Below, piece after piece: positions 63,233 to 64,000 of a stretch of DNA of 64,000 nucleotides. The translations under genes and the position numbers were made by a program. The DNA comes from Synechococcus sp. (GTDB lineage Bacteria; Cyanobacteriota; Cyanobacteriia; PCC-6307; Cyanobiaceae): assembly GCA_047285535.1 (NCBI GenBank), contig JBJBDC010000001.1:1696136-1760135 (forward strand), read 5' to 3'. The notes beneath the pieces are model-generated. The model saw only the letters and a list, made by a program, of their open reading frames with translations, was not told the origin of the DNA and did no database searches. Within the stretch, counting starts at the first letter, position 1, and each line of letters begins with the position of its first letter.

Positions 63233-63418
63233 TTGAAAAATACTCAAACGCTTCATACCTCCGTCACGAGTACTTCATCCAACAGCACTCTCAGCACTGA
63301 ACATGATCAGACCTGGGATGCAGTTGAAACCTATTTCGAATGCATTACAACTTGCTCACTCGACGATGGAGAATGCATCACACGTTGCGTAGAGCAACTT
63401 AAAGATACAGACGGCTAA
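63233..63418 (+). CDS. Small Cys-rich conserved protein
   Basis: WDAVETYFECITTCSLDDGECITRC; start uncertain. Confidence 0.6.
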   Translation: MKNTQTLHTSVTSTSSNSTLSTEHDQTWDAVETYFECITTCSLDDGECITRCVEQLKDTDG

Positions 63419-63436
63419 ATAACAATAATAGAGGCC

Positions 63437-64000
63437 TTAATTGCGTAGAGACATCATCTCAACGGGCGTAATTGAGCGCCCAATACGTTTGCCAGCTCGA
63501 ATGACATCGAGAGTCAAAGGGCGACCAACTCCATGACGATCAATGGCAGAGACAACTTCTGCCGGATTCCGAACTGGTTGCCCACCAATTGAGACGATCA
63601 CATCATCAACTCGCAAGTCTCCGCGATCCGCAGGACCACCTTCAACGACAGATCGAATCACGGCTCCAGGAGGGGCATCAGATCCTGGCCTTGGAGCTGG
63701 CACTGTGGAGAGCCCGACTCCAACCATTGGGTGACTTGCCCTCCCCTGACTGACAAGTTGGCTAGCGATTGATCGCGCCCTATTGATTGGGATCGCAAAA
63801 CCGAGGCCAGCGCCGGGACCTGATCGAACAAGCGTATTAATGCCAATCACATCGCCATTGGCATTTAACAAAGGTCCACCTGAATTACCAGGATTAATGG
63901 CTGCGTCTGTCTGAATCAGGTCGAGACGCTTTCCCGAAATTCCTAGTTGAGACACATTGCGATTGAGATTGCTAACAATCCCCAGGGTCACCGTGTTTTC
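63437..64000 (-). CDS. HtrA/DegP serine protease with PDZ domain (3' part; start beyond window)
   Basis: [24 protein letters not shown]-terminal PDZ. Confidence 0.93.
   Translation of the reverse strand, partial: ENTVTLGIVSNLNRNVSQLGISGKRLDLIQTDAAINPGNSGGPLLNANGDVIGINTLVRSGPGAGLGFAIPINRARSIASQLVSQGRASHPMVGVGLSTVPAPRPGSDAPPGAVIRSVVEGGPADRGDLRVDDVIVSIGGQPVRNPAEVVSAIDRHGVGRPLTLDVIRAGKRIGRSITPVEMMSLRN

Overview
The window looks like marine picocyanobacterial (Synechococcus-like) chromosome. Core genes flank a visibly AT-richer accessory island at about 12.7-39.6 kb. The left core holds partial mtnA, the sufR / ftrC-sufBCDS Fe-S locus, a CpcS-type lyase, cpcG, a DUF4912 protein and a phospholipase D-family gene. 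The right core holds pgm, an RND pump, rarA, an Sfp-type PPTase, bcp, coaX, cysH, a type-II NADH dehydrogenase-like gene, hflX, ktrBA, anmK, an ABC-F ATPase and a partial htrA. The island carries the best candidate for an undescribed system: four co-oriented ~300-aa acidic, amphipathic all-helical proteins in tandem. Directly upstream is a kinase-vWA(TerY)-PP2C triad, and next to that are an FHA-WD40 protein and an FHA protein with a dynamin-like, membrane-anchored body. A diverged ~80-bp direct repeat (12741-12824 / 30691-30772) brackets this block together with two decayed tyrosine integrases. The rest of the island has a TPR lipoprotein with a Pro/Thr VNTR tail, decayed sequence, and a 1321-aa animal-type heme peroxidase with a duplicated N-terminal domain and two upstream palindromic operator-like boxes. 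No tRNA, rRNA or CRISPR array was recognised. Family assignments come from motif recognition only; no searches were run.
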